Of a DNA stretch of 56,255 nt, positions 42,903 to 52,988 are shown in pieces. The notes beneath the pieces were generated by a model, which was not told where the DNA came from, did not search any database, and was given only the letters and a program-made list of their open reading frames with translations. Within the stretch, counting starts at the first letter, position 1. Every line of letters starts with the position of its first letter. The position numbers and the translations under genes are program-made. Source of the stretch: an uncultured Clostridia bacterium (GTDB lineage: Bacteria > Bacillota > Clostridia > Oscillospirales > Ruminococcaceae); the NCBI GenBank assembly GCA_945921515.1, contig CAMEKR010000001.1, positions 1-56,255 of the forward strand, read 5' to 3'.

Positions 42903-44219
42903 ATGGATCTCCCTGTTTTTGTATGCGAAGTGCTTGATAAGCTGACTTCCTGCGGATATGAGGCGTACTGCGTCGGTGGATGCGTGAGGGATCATCTGCT
43001 CGGGCAATGTCCTGATGATTATGATGTTACGACATCGGCATTGCCCGAACAGATAATCAGCGTGTTTCGCGGATATAAACTGCTTACAGTCGGGCTTAAG
43101 CACGGTACCGTTACAATTATCATAGACGGACAACCTGTAGAAGTTACTACCTTCAGATGCGATGGCGATTATATCGACCACAGGCATCCCGACAAGGTCA
43201 GCTTTACATCACGGCTTGAAGATGATTTGTCAAGGCGGGATCTCACTATCAACGCAATGGCGTACAATCCTTCCAGAGGTATAATCGATCCATTCGGCGG
43301 CAGAGAAGACTTAAATTCCGGCATAATCCGATGTGTAGGAAACCCGATGAAGCGTTTTGACGAAGACGGACTGAGGATACTGAGGGCGCTGAGATTTGCT
43401 TCAAGATTTGGCTTTGAAATTGACAAGGCTACATCCGACGCAATACACAGACAGCGCTATCTTTTATCTTATATTTCTGCCGAGCGGATAAACCATGAGC
43501 TTTGCGGTATACTTACCGGTGAGTGCTATCGGATTTTGCAGGATTATCCTGATATAATTTGCGAAATAATTCCCGAAATGTATGCTTGTATAGGCTTTGA
43601 ACAGCGGTCGAAATATCACGATAAGACGGTATACGGTCATATTATCGCTACTGTGGCGGCGGCTGAGCCTTCTGTAAAATTCAGGCTTGCGATGCTGCTT
43701 CATGATATAGGAAAGCCGAGCTGTTTTTTTATGAAAGACGGCGCAGGGCATTTCTACGGACACGCAGATGTCAGCCGTGATATTGCCGCAAAAGTGCTTG
43801 GCAGACTGCGTTTTGGCAATAAAATTACCGATGAGGTATTGTTTTTAATAGAGAATCATGGTATAGTTATTAATGACGATACGAGGAGTATAAGAAGAGG
43901 TCTTGCACGATACGGAGAACAAGGTTTTCTCGATCTTATCAAGGTGCATTATTATGATACCTGCGGAAAAGCTCCGGAGTATTTCTGTGAGAAGGAATTG
44001 TTTGACAGTATAAGAAAGCATACTCTTGAATTTCTTGAGAATGAGCCGCCAATGAGCCTTAGCAAGCTTAAAATAAACGGCTCGGATGTTGCCGCTCTTG
44101 GCTTTAAGGGCAAAGCCATAGGCGAGGCGCTTCGCTTTGCACTTTCTGCGGTTATTGACGGCGTATGTAAAAATGAAAAAGATGAACTTATTTCCATATT
44201 AACAGAAAAGAACAGATGA
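42903..44219 (+). CDS. cca: CCA tRNA nucleotidyltransferase with HD domain
   Basis: VGGCVRD...DYD, DLSRRDLTINAMA, EDGLRILRALRF, LLHDIGK; ATG 42903 after AAGGAG. Confidence 0.88.
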   Translation: MDLPVFVCEVLDKLTSCGYEAYCVGGCVRDHLLGQCPDDYDVTTSALPEQIISVFRGYKLLTVGLKHGTVTIIIDGQPVEVTTFRCDGDYIDHRHPDKVSFTSRLEDDLSRRDLTINAMAYNPSRGIIDPFGGREDLNSGIIRCVGNPMKRFDEDGLRILRALRFASRFGFEIDKATSDAIHRQRYLLSYISAERINHELCGILTGECYRILQDYPDIICEIIPEMYACIGFEQRSKYHDKTVYGHIIATVAAAEPSVKFRLAMLLHDIGKPSCFFMKDGAGHFYGHADVSRDIAAKVLGRLRFGNKITDEVLFLIENHGIVINDDTRSIRRGLARYGEQGFLDLIKVHYYDTCGKAPEYFCEKELFDSIRKHTLEFLENEPPMSLSKLKINGSDVAALGFKGKAIGEALRFALSAVIDGVCKNEKDELISILTEKNR

Positions 44220-44222
44220 AAG

Positions 44223-45248
44223 GTGAATGATATGTCGGCTACTGATATAGGTATTGATTTAGGAACGGCAAATGTAATTATTACGCTTGGCAACAAAGGT
44301 ATCGTTGTAAACGAGCCTTCCGTTGTAGCGTACGACAAGAAAAAGCAATGTGTGCTTGCTGTCGGCAACGAGGCATACAAGATGATAGGCAGAACTCCCG
44401 AATATATTGTTGCGGTAAAGCCGCTTAAGGACGGCGTTATATCCGATAACGAGATGACGGAGGCGATGATAATCGAATTTATCAGAAAGGTCATCGGAAG
44501 AATAGTAAAGCCGAGGATTATTCTTTGCGTTCCGTCATCGGTTACGGATGTTGAAAACAGGGCAGTGGTAGAGGCGGCTCTGTCGGCAGGCGCAAGAAAG
44601 GTATTCATCATAGAAGAGCCGATTGCGGCATTGCTCGGAGCAGGTATTGATATATCAAAGCCTAACGGTACTATGGTAGTGGATGTAGGCGGTGGTACCG
44701 CCGATATTGCGGTTGTATCCTTCAACGGCATTGTAAAGAGCTGTTCTCTTAAAATGGCAGGCAACAAGTTTGACGCCGCTATTATCAGAGGCGTTACCAT
44801 GAAGTACAAGATACTGATAGGCGAAAAAACTGCGGAAATGGCAAAGAAGAGCATTGCAAACGTTTATAATCCCACAGGCGAAAACAAGATAACCGTAAAA
44901 GGCAGACATCTAATAAAAGGCCTTCCCGAAAGCGTTGAGATAACCGATAAGGATATGTACGACTTTTTGCACGACAGCGTAATGGAGATAATAGCCAAGA
45001 TAAAAGAGGTATTTGAACAAACTCCTCCCGAGCTTGCCGGCGATATCCTCACAAACGGTATCATTCTTACCGGTGGCGGAGCTATGCTTAAAGGCTTTGC
45101 GGAGCTTGTCACCGAGGCAGTCGGCGCACCTTGCTATGTTGCCGACGATCCGATAGAATGTGTTGCAAAGGGCGTTGCAAAGGCATTTGATTATACCGAT
45201 GAACTGCTTGACGGCTTTGAAAAGATTTCTCTGTACAGATATAAGTGA
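44223..45248 (+). CDS. mreB: MreB/Mbl actin-like rod shape protein
   Basis: IGIDLGTAN, EPSVVA, PLKDGVI, DVGGGTAD, LTGGGA. Paralog identity (mreB vs mbl) uncertain. Confidence 0.85.
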   Translation: MNDMSATDIGIDLGTANVIITLGNKGIVVNEPSVVAYDKKKQCVLAVGNEAYKMIGRTPEYIVAVKPLKDGVISDNEMTEAMIIEFIRKVIGRIVKPRIILCVPSSVTDVENRAVVEAALSAGARKVFIIEEPIAALLGAGIDISKPNGTMVVDVGGGTADIAVVSFNGIVKSCSLKMAGNKFDAAIIRGVTMKYKILIGEKTAEMAKKSIANVYNPTGENKITVKGRHLIKGLPESVEITDKDMYDFLHDSVMEIIAKIKEVFEQTPPELAGDILTNGIILTGGGAMLKGFAELVTEAVGAPCYVADDPIECVAKGVAKAFDYTDELLDGFEKISLYRYK

Positions 45249-45354
45249 TAAAGGGAATTTTGTTACGGTAAGCTTATTACGGCAATAGCTTTTTACCGAT
45301 GCGGTAGGCAGAAGTGAATAACATAATCAAAACGGCGACCTTGCGTCTGCCGTT

Positions 45355-45526
45355 CAGACTGTCGAAAAAGTCTATTTTATAAAAAAAGAACAAACTCTCA
45401 ATCCCCATCCCCAAACCCCTTCCCCTCGGGAAGGGGCTTATTATCGGGGGCTGCCGCCCCTGCGACCTTGCTTGGGGCTTCGCCCCAAACCCCATTTATT
45501 TCTTTCAAAGAGATTTTTTTACAATC
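45355..45526 (-). mobile_element. MITE copy 1 (short form)
   Basis: Begins cagactgtcgaaaaagtc; reverse complement matches 55899-56183 (ggggtttggggcgaagcccc, agcccccgataataagccc, gaggggaaggggtttgggg); flanked by related aaaacggc...gtctgccgtt hairpins. Confidence 0.8.
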
Positions 45527-45639
45527 AAAACGGCAGACAAAAATAGTGTCTGCCGTTTTCTCGTTAAATATACAGTTTTTATTTCGGACTATGTTCAATC
45601 CCTAACCGTTCACTATCCCACGCATACCGCAAACATATA

Positions 45640-45717
45640 GCAAGGTCGGAATTGCCGACGGCGGCACGCCGCAAGGTCGGAATTGCCGACGGCGGCACGC
45701 CGCAAGGCCGGAACTGC
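45640..45717. repeat. 31-bp GC-rich tandem repeat, 2.5 copies
   Basis: gcaaggtcggaattgccgacggcggcacgcc at 45640 and 45671, partial copy at 45702. Confidence 0.9.
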
Positions 45718-45733
45718 GTCTGAGTTACTCGGT

Positions 45734-46372
45734 TTAATATCCAAACTCATCTGCGATGAAGATTACCTTTATTCTGTCTTTATCACGCTGATGCGCCATA
45801 ATGACATAATCGTTGCATATCCTGTCGGGAGAAAGACAATGACCGCATCTGCCTGTCTTAGCACAAGGCGTATTTCTGCCGAGCCTTACGCAGTTTGCAG
45901 GGCTTGCAACGGTTTCAAGACGGTCAACGGCGGCGTGAAGGTCGGTAACTATCTTGTTAAGTCCTGCTACAATAATAACCTGTTTCGGTCCGAAAATCAT
46001 AGCGGCTACACGGTTGCCTGTTCCGTCTACGTTGTACAGCTCGCCGTATTCGGTGACTGCATTTGTGCTTGCAAAGTATGTATCTGCGCTGAATGCCTTT
46101 CTGTACAGCTCGTTTACTTCTTCGGGTGACAGCTTTTCACGGTCGATGTAGATATCGGGATAATTCTCATTGAGAAAATCCTGTATGCCCGTTTCTTTAA
46201 GCGTCATTGAACCTCCCGATACTATCAGCTTATCGTCTTTTATAAGCTCCTTTATAAGCTCTTTTGCTTCATCGGGAGTATCGACGAGATAACCTTTTAT
46301 ATTGTTTCTTTCAAGAGCGGAGATTACTTTTTCCGCCCTTTTTTTCATTGCAAGTTTTACATTTTCGTTCAT
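45734..46372 (-). CDS. LUD-domain (lactate utilisation LutC/YkgG-like) protein
   Basis: GGSMTL, STNAVT, NVDGTGNRVAAMIFGP, GLNKIV, Cys cluster PCAKTGRCGHC...RIC. Confidence 0.85.
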   Translation of the reverse strand: MNENVKLAMKKRAEKVISALERNNIKGYLVDTPDEAKELIKELIKDDKLIVSGGSMTLKETGIQDFLNENYPDIYIDREKLSPEEVNELYRKAFSADTYFASTNAVTEYGELYNVDGTGNRVAAMIFGPKQVIIVAGLNKIVTDLHAAVDRLETVASPANCVRLGRNTPCAKTGRCGHCLSPDRICNDYVIMAHQRDKDRIKVIFIADEFGY

Positions 46373-46449
46373 TTTTTGTTCCTTTCCGAAGTAAGACTTT
46401 TCCTATATGATAAATATATCACATTTCGCAAAAAAGTCAAGAATAGTCA

Positions 46450-46478
46450 TAGACATTTAAACCGTAATGTGCTATAAT
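46450..46478 (+). promoter_or_regulatory. sigmaA promoter of manA operon
   Basis: TAGACA-17-TATAAT with extended TG. Confidence 0.7.
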
Positions 46479-46561
46479 TTACTGTGTACAGTTTTGTGAG
46501 AAGTGTTTTATGAAGATACGATAAGAACGGTATTATCCCGAATTATAGAAAGGAAAACGAT

Positions 46562-47512
46562 ATGGAAATATTAAAACTTGACGCTCCCTGCAAGGATTAT
46601 ATCTGGGGAGGAAACAGACTGAGAGAAGAATACGGCAAGGTTTCATCCGCCGATAAGATTGCTGAAAGCTGGGAGCTGTCCTGCCACAAGGACGGTCAGA
46701 GCGTTATAGCAAACGGAAGTTACAAGGGCAAGACTCTGTCACAGTACCTTGCAGATAATAAATCGGCACTTGGCACAGCCTGTGACCGCTTTGAGTATTT
46801 CCCGATACTTATCAAGCTTATAGACGCTAAGGATAACCTCTCGGTGCAGGTTCATCCCGACAATGATTATGCAATGCGTGTAGAGGGTGAGTACGGAAAA
46901 ACGGAGATGTGGTATATCGTTGACTGTGAAGAAGGCGCACAGCTGATATACGGCTTCGATAAAGAGATTTCAAGAGAAGAATTTGCCGACAGAATAAAGA
47001 ACAACACTTTGCTTGAAGTTACAAATAATGTTCCCGTGCATAAGGGCGATGTGTTCTTTATCGAGTCGGGTACGCTCCACGCTATCGGAAAGGGCATTCT
47101 TATTGCCGAGATACAGCAAAACAGCAATACTACCTACAGGGTATACGACTACGGCAGAGTAGGAAAGGACGGCAAACCCAGAGAGCTCCATATTGAAAAG
47201 GCAATTGATGTAACAGAGCTCTGCCCTCCGAAATATGATACAAAACCGCAGGGAAGTCCCGAGAAGATAGAAGGCGGAGAGAAGACTCTTCTGCGTACCT
47301 GCGAGTATTTCGATGTGCATAAAATCAGAGTTAATGACACGGTAACACTTAATGCAGACGAAAAGTCGTTCCACTCATTGCTGGTTCTTGACGGAGAAGG
47401 AAAGATAGGCGGCATAGCCGCTAAGAAGGGCGACAGCTTCTTTGTTCCGGCAGGATTCGGCGAGTATACCGTATCGGGCAGTCTTGAGGTGATTCTTTCG
47501 GATATTGTCTGA
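46562..47512 (+). CDS. manA: Mannose-6-phosphate isomerase class I
   Basis: YIWGG, AESWE, LSVQVHP, GKTEMW, GTLHAIG, EIQQNSNTTYRVYDY. Confidence 0.93.
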   Translation: MEILKLDAPCKDYIWGGNRLREEYGKVSSADKIAESWELSCHKDGQSVIANGSYKGKTLSQYLADNKSALGTACDRFEYFPILIKLIDAKDNLSVQVHPDNDYAMRVEGEYGKTEMWYIVDCEEGAQLIYGFDKEISREEFADRIKNNTLLEVTNNVPVHKGDVFFIESGTLHAIGKGILIAEIQQNSNTTYRVYDYGRVGKDGKPRELHIEKAIDVTELCPPKYDTKPQGSPEKIEGGEKTLLRTCEYFDVHKIRVNDTVTLNADEKSFHSLLVLDGEGKIGGIAAKKGDSFFVPAGFGEYTVSGSLEVILSDIV

Positions 47513-47538
47513 CGGTTTTTAATCGGAAGGGAGATATT

Positions 47539-48492
47539 ATGAAGTATTATATCGGCATTGATATCGGCGGCACGAATATTAAGGCAGGCGTTGTTGATGA
47601 AACGGCAAAGCTTGTTTCCAAAGTTTCGCTTAAGACAAAAGCGGCAGACGGATACAAGAGCGTTGTTTCGGTAATAATCGACGCTGTTGAACAGGCAGTG
47701 CAGCTTTCGGGTGAGGACATCGACAAGATAAAGACTATCGGTGTCGGCTGTCCGGGCACTATGGACAACGAAAACGGTGTGGTTCTGTATTCAAATAATC
47801 TTCACTGGGAGAATGTTCCTCTTGCAAAGGATCTTGAAGAACACTTTGTCGGAAAGAAGATAATACTTGAAAATGACGCAAATGTTGCGGCATACGGCGA
47901 GTATCTCGCAGGAGCGGCAAAAGGTGCAAAGAATGCCGTTGTGCTTACTCTCGGAACGGGAGTCGGCGCAGGTATCATCATAAACGGCGAGATATACAGC
48001 GGCTCAAATAACGCAGGCGGAGAGATCGGTCACACGGTGGTAGAGGTTGACGGCGCTCCCTGCACCTGCGGCAGAAACGGCTGTTTTGAGGCTTATTCAT
48101 CGGCTACCGGTCTTATCCGTATGACAAGAGAGATGATTGAGAAATACCCCACAGGCAGACTGCATGAGATGGTAGACCATGATGGCAAGATATCTGCAAG
48201 GACAGCCTTTAATGCGGCAAAGCTCGGAGATCCCGAGGGAAAAGAAGTTGTCGATAAGTATATCAAGTACCTCGCCTGCGGAATAACCAATGTGATAAAC
48301 GTATTTCAGCCGGATATCCTCTGCATAGGCGGCGGAGTCTGCAACGAGGGAGACAATCTGCTGATACCGCTTAAAAAGCTGGTCGCACAGCAGATATATT
48401 CAAAGAATAACGCTAAAAATACCGAGATAGTTATCTGCACGCTTGCAAATGAAGCAGGCATGATAGGAAGCGCCATGCTCGGCAGAAAATAA
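47539..48492 (+). CDS. glcK: ROK family sugar kinase (glucokinase-like)
   Basis: IGIDIGGT, ENDANVAAYGE, GTGVGAG, GEIGH, CTCGRNGCFE; no HTH. Confidence 0.8.
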   Translation: MKYYIGIDIGGTNIKAGVVDETAKLVSKVSLKTKAADGYKSVVSVIIDAVEQAVQLSGEDIDKIKTIGVGCPGTMDNENGVVLYSNNLHWENVPLAKDLEEHFVGKKIILENDANVAAYGEYLAGAAKGAKNAVVLTLGTGVGAGIIINGEIYSGSNNAGGEIGHTVVEVDGAPCTCGRNGCFEAYSSATGLIRMTREMIEKYPTGRLHEMVDHDGKISARTAFNAAKLGDPEGKEVVDKYIKYLACGITNVINVFQPDILCIGGGVCNEGDNLLIPLKKLVAQQIYSKNNAKNTEIVICTLANEAGMIGSAMLGRK

Positions 48493-48523
48493 ACATTGTT
48501 TCAAAGGAAAGGAAAAGTAAAAA

Positions 48524-50182
48524 ATGAGAAGCGATCTTATCAAAAGCGGCGTTGACAGAACACCGCACAAGGCATTGTTAAAGGCACTGGGCGTAACCGA
48601 CAGCGAGATGCACAAGCCCTTTATTGCGGTTGTTTGCGCCGCAAGCGACTATGTACCGGGTCATTCGCATCTGCACGAGATATCAAGACAGGTTAAAGAC
48701 GGCATCAGAAACGCAGGCGGCGTTCCTTTTGAGTTTTTCACTATCGGCGTATGTGACGGACTTGCTATGAACCACAAGGGTATGAGATATTCTCTTGCCT
48801 CACGTGAGCTTATTACAGACAGCATAGAGGTTATGCTTACCGCACATCCTCTTGACGGTATCGTATTTATCCCCAACTGCGACAAGATAGTACCCGGTAT
48901 GATAATGGCGGCGGCAAGACTTAATCTGCCTTCTATCTTTGTAGGTGGAGGCCCGATGAATCCCGGTAAGGTACAGGGCAAGAGAGTTGGCTACAGCGAG
49001 ATTTATGAAGCTATCGGTCAGTATTCAAACGGCGAGATAGGCGATGATGTAATAAAGGATTATGAGAATAACGCTTGTCCTACCTGCGGTTCATGCTCGG
49101 GTATGTATACCGCAAACTCAATGAACTGCCTTACCGAAGCTATCGGACTTGCTATGCCTTTCTCAGGCACAGAGCCTGCAGTTAACGCTGCAAGACGCCG
49201 TATCGCAAAGGAAACAGGCGAAAGAATTGTTGAGCTTGTAAAAGAAAACATCTGCCCCAAGGATATTATCACAAAGAAGAATATGCTGAATGCACTTGCT
49301 ACAGATATGGCAATCGGTGCTTCTTCAAATACGGTTTTACATCTGCTTGCTATCGCACATGAAGCAGGCGTAGATATTACTCTTGCTGATATTGACGCAA
49401 TGAGCAAGGTTACTCCCCAGCTTTCTAAGCTGAATCCTGCAAGTGATGTGTTTATAACCGATCTTAACGATGTGGGCGGTATTCAGGCTGTTATCAAAGA
49501 GCTGTCAAAGGGCGGACATATCAATACCGATGTACTGACAGTAACAGGTACACAGGCAGACAGAATCGCAAAGGCAAAGAACGCTGACGGTGTGATTATC
49601 CACACTTGCGAGAATCCTATCAGAAAAGACGGCGGTATCGCTATCTTAAGCGGCAATCTCGCTGAGAACGGCTCGGTAGTAAAGCAGGGTGCGGTTAAGC
49701 CCGAGATGATGGACTTCACGGGTACGGCAAAGGTATTTGACGGCGAGCAGGCTGCGGTAGACGCTATTATGAACAATGTAATAATCCCCGGAGATGTGGT
49801 GGTTATCCGTTATGAAGGTCCCAAGGGCGGTCCCGGTATGCCCGAAATGCTCGCACCTACAGCGGCAATTGTCGGCAAAGGACTTGACGGAAGCGTTGCT
49901 CTTATTACAGACGGTCGTTTCAGCGGCGCCAGCAGAGGTGCGGCAGTAGGCCATGTTTCTCCCGAAGCGGCAGAGGGCGGACTTATTGCTTATGTAGAAA
50001 GCGGAGATAAGATACACATCAATATCCCTGCAAGAAGCATAGAACTGCTTGTTGACGAGGAGACTATAGCACAGCGTAAGGCAAAGGGCGTTAATCCCCC
50101 CGAAAGACCTCTTGACGGTTACCTTAAGCGTTATGCAAAGCTCGTTACAAGCTCAAATACAGGCGCAGTATTCTCTGACTGA
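48524..50182 (+). CDS. ilvD: Dihydroxy-acid dehydratase
   Basis: [45 protein letters not shown]. Confidence 0.96.
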   Translation: MRSDLIKSGVDRTPHKALLKALGVTDSEMHKPFIAVVCAASDYVPGHSHLHEISRQVKDGIRNAGGVPFEFFTIGVCDGLAMNHKGMRYSLASRELITDSIEVMLTAHPLDGIVFIPNCDKIVPGMIMAAARLNLPSIFVGGGPMNPGKVQGKRVGYSEIYEAIGQYSNGEIGDDVIKDYENNACPTCGSCSGMYTANSMNCLTEAIGLAMPFSGTEPAVNAARRRIAKETGERIVELVKENICPKDIITKKNMLNALATDMAIGASSNTVLHLLAIAHEAGVDITLADIDAMSKVTPQLSKLNPASDVFITDLNDVGGIQAVIKELSKGGHINTDVLTVTGTQADRIAKAKNADGVIIHTCENPIRKDGGIAILSGNLAENGSVVKQGAVKPEMMDFTGTAKVFDGEQAAVDAIMNNVIIPGDVVVIRYEGPKGGPGMPEMLAPTAAIVGKGLDGSVALITDGRFSGASRGAAVGHVSPEAAEGGLIAYVESGDKIHINIPARSIELLVDEETIAQRKAKGVNPPERPLDGYLKRYAKLVTSSNTGAVFSD

Positions 50183-50288
50183 TTTTTCGGCAGAGAAGTA
50201 CCGATTTTTGCTATGAATTAGTTTATTTCCGTTAAGGCTGTGTATCTACTACACAGCCTTAGGCGTTAAACAGAAGGGAGGCGTTAGT

Positions 50289-50993
50289 ATCGCTGCAAAA
50301 GACAATATACATTCGGGACACAGAGAGCGTATGCTAAACCGCCTTCGTGAACAAGGCGGCGAGGGATTTGAGTCCCACGAACTGTTTGAAATGATGCTGT
50401 ACAGCTCATATAAGCAATGCGACACCAATCCTATAGCACACAGACTTATTGATAAGTTCGGCTCGCTCAGCGGTGTATTTTCGGCTAGCGAAAAGGAACT
50501 GTCTGAGGTTGAGGGCGTAGGTGCGGCAACAGCGCAGATGATAATGGTGCTACGTGCCAATATTGAGCGTTTGCTAAGCGAGAGCGTCCAAAAGGGCGAG
50601 ATGCTCGGTGCGTCGGGCGCTGTCAGGGATTATTGTACGGGGCTTTTCCGCTTTGCCGATACCGAACAGCTTAGAATGCTGTTCCTTGACGGTGAGTATT
50701 GCTTTGTGTCACAGGAGATAATAAGCACGGGTGCGCTTGAACAGGTACATCCCGATATGATGCGCCTTCTTGAAAAGGCTGTGCAGAAAAGATGCCCTAT
50801 CGTAGTTTTAGCGCATAATCATCCCAAGGGCAGTGAGATGCCGTCAAACGAAGACAAGCTTATGACGAGAAACCTATATAATCTGCTTGAAAAGGCAGGA
50901 ATATACCTTGCCGACCATATAATAGTAGGTATGCACGGCAGTCTTTCAATGCGTGAGAACGGAATACTTCCGGATATCTGGAACGATGTTTAA
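50289..50993 (+). CDS. radC: RadC family JAB-domain protein
   Basis: HSGHRER, HhH GVGAATA, JAB motif HNHPKG...PS..D, DHIIV; probable ATC start at 50289 (first ATG at 50331). Confidence 0.85.
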   Translation: MAAKDNIHSGHRERMLNRLREQGGEGFESHELFEMMLYSSYKQCDTNPIAHRLIDKFGSLSGVFSASEKELSEVEGVGAATAQMIMVLRANIERLLSESVQKGEMLGASGAVRDYCTGLFRFADTEQLRMLFLDGEYCFVSQEIISTGALEQVHPDMMRLLEKAVQKRCPIVVLAHNHPKGSEMPSNEDKLMTRNLYNLLEKAGIYLADHIIVGMHGSLSMRENGILPDIWNDV

Positions 50994-51002
50994 GGAGTAA
51001 TA

Positions 51003-52961
51003 ATGGACAGGTTTGTGTTAAAATCCGATTATAAGCCGACAGGCGATCAGCCGCAGGCTATAGAAAGCCTTGCAAACGGTGTTATAAACGGTAATAAAGA
51101 GCAGGTACTGCTCGGCGTTACAGGCTCAGGCAAGACCTTTACTATGGCTAATATCATTGAAAAAGTCAACAGACCGACGCTTATACTCGCTCACAATAAA
51201 ACGCTTGCGGCACAGCTGTGCAGTGAGTTCAAGGAGTTTTTCCCCGATAATGCGGTTGAGTATTTTGTCAGCTATTACGACTATTATCAGCCCGAGGCAT
51301 ATATCCCTTCGACAGACGCATATATCGAAAAGGATAGCGCAATAAACGATGAGATAGACCGTCTGCGCCACTCGGCAACAGCCGCTTTGGCAGAGCGCCG
51401 TGATGTGATAATCGTTGCAAGTGTAAGCTGTATCTACAGCTTGGGCAGTCCCGAGGACTACCGTGAGAATATGCTGTCTGTCCGTGAGGGACAGGAGCGA
51501 AGCCGTGACGACATCATTAAGCGGCTTGTTGAGATACAGTATGAGCGCAATGATATGAACTTTGTCCGCAACAAGTTTAGGGTAAGAGGAGATGTGCTTG
51601 AGATATTCCCGGCAGGAAGCACATCGGACAAGGCTATAAGGATAGAATTTTTCGGAGATGAGATTGACAGAATATCCGAGATAGATGTAGTGACGGGTGA
51701 AGTTAAGCGTCGCTTTTCTCATGTGGCTATCTTCCCTGCGTCGCACTATATCGTAAGTAAGGCAAGGCTTGAAAACTCGCTGAATGAGATTGAAGCCGAG
51801 ATGGAGGACAGGGTAAAGTTCTTTACCGACAATCATAAGCTGATTGAAGCGCAGAGGATAGAACAGCGTACACGCTATGATATGGAGATGCTCCGTGAGA
51901 TAGGCACCTGCAAGGGCGTTGAGAACTACTCAAGAGTGCTTGCGGGAAGAGCGCCGGGAAGTTCTCCCATTACTCTTATGCACCACTTTCCGAAAGACTT
52001 TCTTATGTTCATAGACGAGAGCCATGTGACTTTGCCGCAGGTAAGAGGAATGTACGGCGGAGATTTTGCCCGCAAGAAAAACCTTATAGATTACGGCTTC
52101 CGCCTTCCGTCTGCTTATGACAACAGACCGATGAACTTTGACGAGTTTTCATCAATGATAAATCAGGTGATCTATGTTTCGGCTACTCCCGGCGAATACG
52201 AAAAGAGCCATGCGGTAAATACCGCAGAGCAGGTTATAAGACCGACAGGCTTACTTGATCCGCTTGTCGAGATAAAGCCGGTTGCAGGACAGATAGAAGA
52301 CCTTTATTCCGAGATAAACGAGCGTACTCAAAAGGGCGAGTGCGTGCTGATAACAACCCTTACAAAGAAGATGGCGGAGGATCTTACCGCTTATTACGAA
52401 AAGCTCGGCGTAAAGATACGCTATATGCACCATGACATCGATTCAATAGAGCGTATGGAGATAATAAGAGACCTGCGTATGCACGTGTTTGATGTGCTGG
52501 TAGGTATCAACCTCTTGCGAGAGGGACTCGATCTTCCCGAGGTATCGCTCGTTGCAATACTTGACGCCGATAAAGAGGGCTTTTTGCGAAGCGAAACATC
52601 GCTTATCCAGACGATAGGCAGAGCGGCAAGAAATGCAGGCGGCAAGGTAATTATGTACGCCGATACCGTCACCGACAGTATGGAAAGAGCGGTGAGCGAG
52701 ACTAACCGCCGCCGTGAGATACAGATGAAGTATAACGAGGAGCACGGCATAACACCCAAGACTATAGTCAAGGATGTAAGGGCGGTGCTTGAGATAAGTA
52801 CAGGCAAGGATAAAGACAAAAAGAGAAAATATACAAAGGCAGAGCGTGAGTCGCTTATAAAGCAGTATACGGCAGAGATGAAGAATGCCGCAAAACTGCT
52901 TGACTTTGAACACGCCGCATATCTGCGTGACAAGATAAAAGAGCTGCAGGAACAAAAATAA
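51003..52961 (+). CDS. uvrB: Excinuclease ABC subunit B
   Basis: [38 protein letters not shown]-terminal FEHAAYLRD. Confidence 0.99.
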   Translation: MDRFVLKSDYKPTGDQPQAIESLANGVINGNKEQVLLGVTGSGKTFTMANIIEKVNRPTLILAHNKTLAAQLCSEFKEFFPDNAVEYFVSYYDYYQPEAYIPSTDAYIEKDSAINDEIDRLRHSATAALAERRDVIIVASVSCIYSLGSPEDYRENMLSVREGQERSRDDIIKRLVEIQYERNDMNFVRNKFRVRGDVLEIFPAGSTSDKAIRIEFFGDEIDRISEIDVVTGEVKRRFSHVAIFPASHYIVSKARLENSLNEIEAEMEDRVKFFTDNHKLIEAQRIEQRTRYDMEMLREIGTCKGVENYSRVLAGRAPGSSPITLMHHFPKDFLMFIDESHVTLPQVRGMYGGDFARKKNLIDYGFRLPSAYDNRPMNFDEFSSMINQVIYVSATPGEYEKSHAVNTAEQVIRPTGLLDPLVEIKPVAGQIEDLYSEINERTQKGECVLITTLTKKMAEDLTAYYEKLGVKIRYMHHDIDSIERMEIIRDLRMHVFDVLVGINLLREGLDLPEVSLVAILDADKEGFLRSETSLIQTIGRAARNAGGKVIMYADTVTDSMERAVSETNRRREIQMKYNEEHGITPKTIVKDVRAVLEISTGKDKDKKRKYTKAERESLIKQYTAEMKNAAKLLDFEHAAYLRDKIKELQEQK

Positions 52962-52988
52962 GCTGTTAACGGAGATGACAAAGGATAA

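Noticed and set aside
45277-45598. Small ORFs overlapping the MITE (also 55729-55956)
   Set aside because: Chance frames within repeat DNA; no transposase motifs.
45640-45717. Mini-CRISPR
   Set aside because: Repeats are directly adjacent with no spacers.
50183-51002. LexA (GAAC-N4-GTTC) box upstream of radC-uvrB-uvrA
   Set aside because: No such site is seen in the intergenic DNA. The hairpin at 50233-50261 has no U tract and was not called a terminator.
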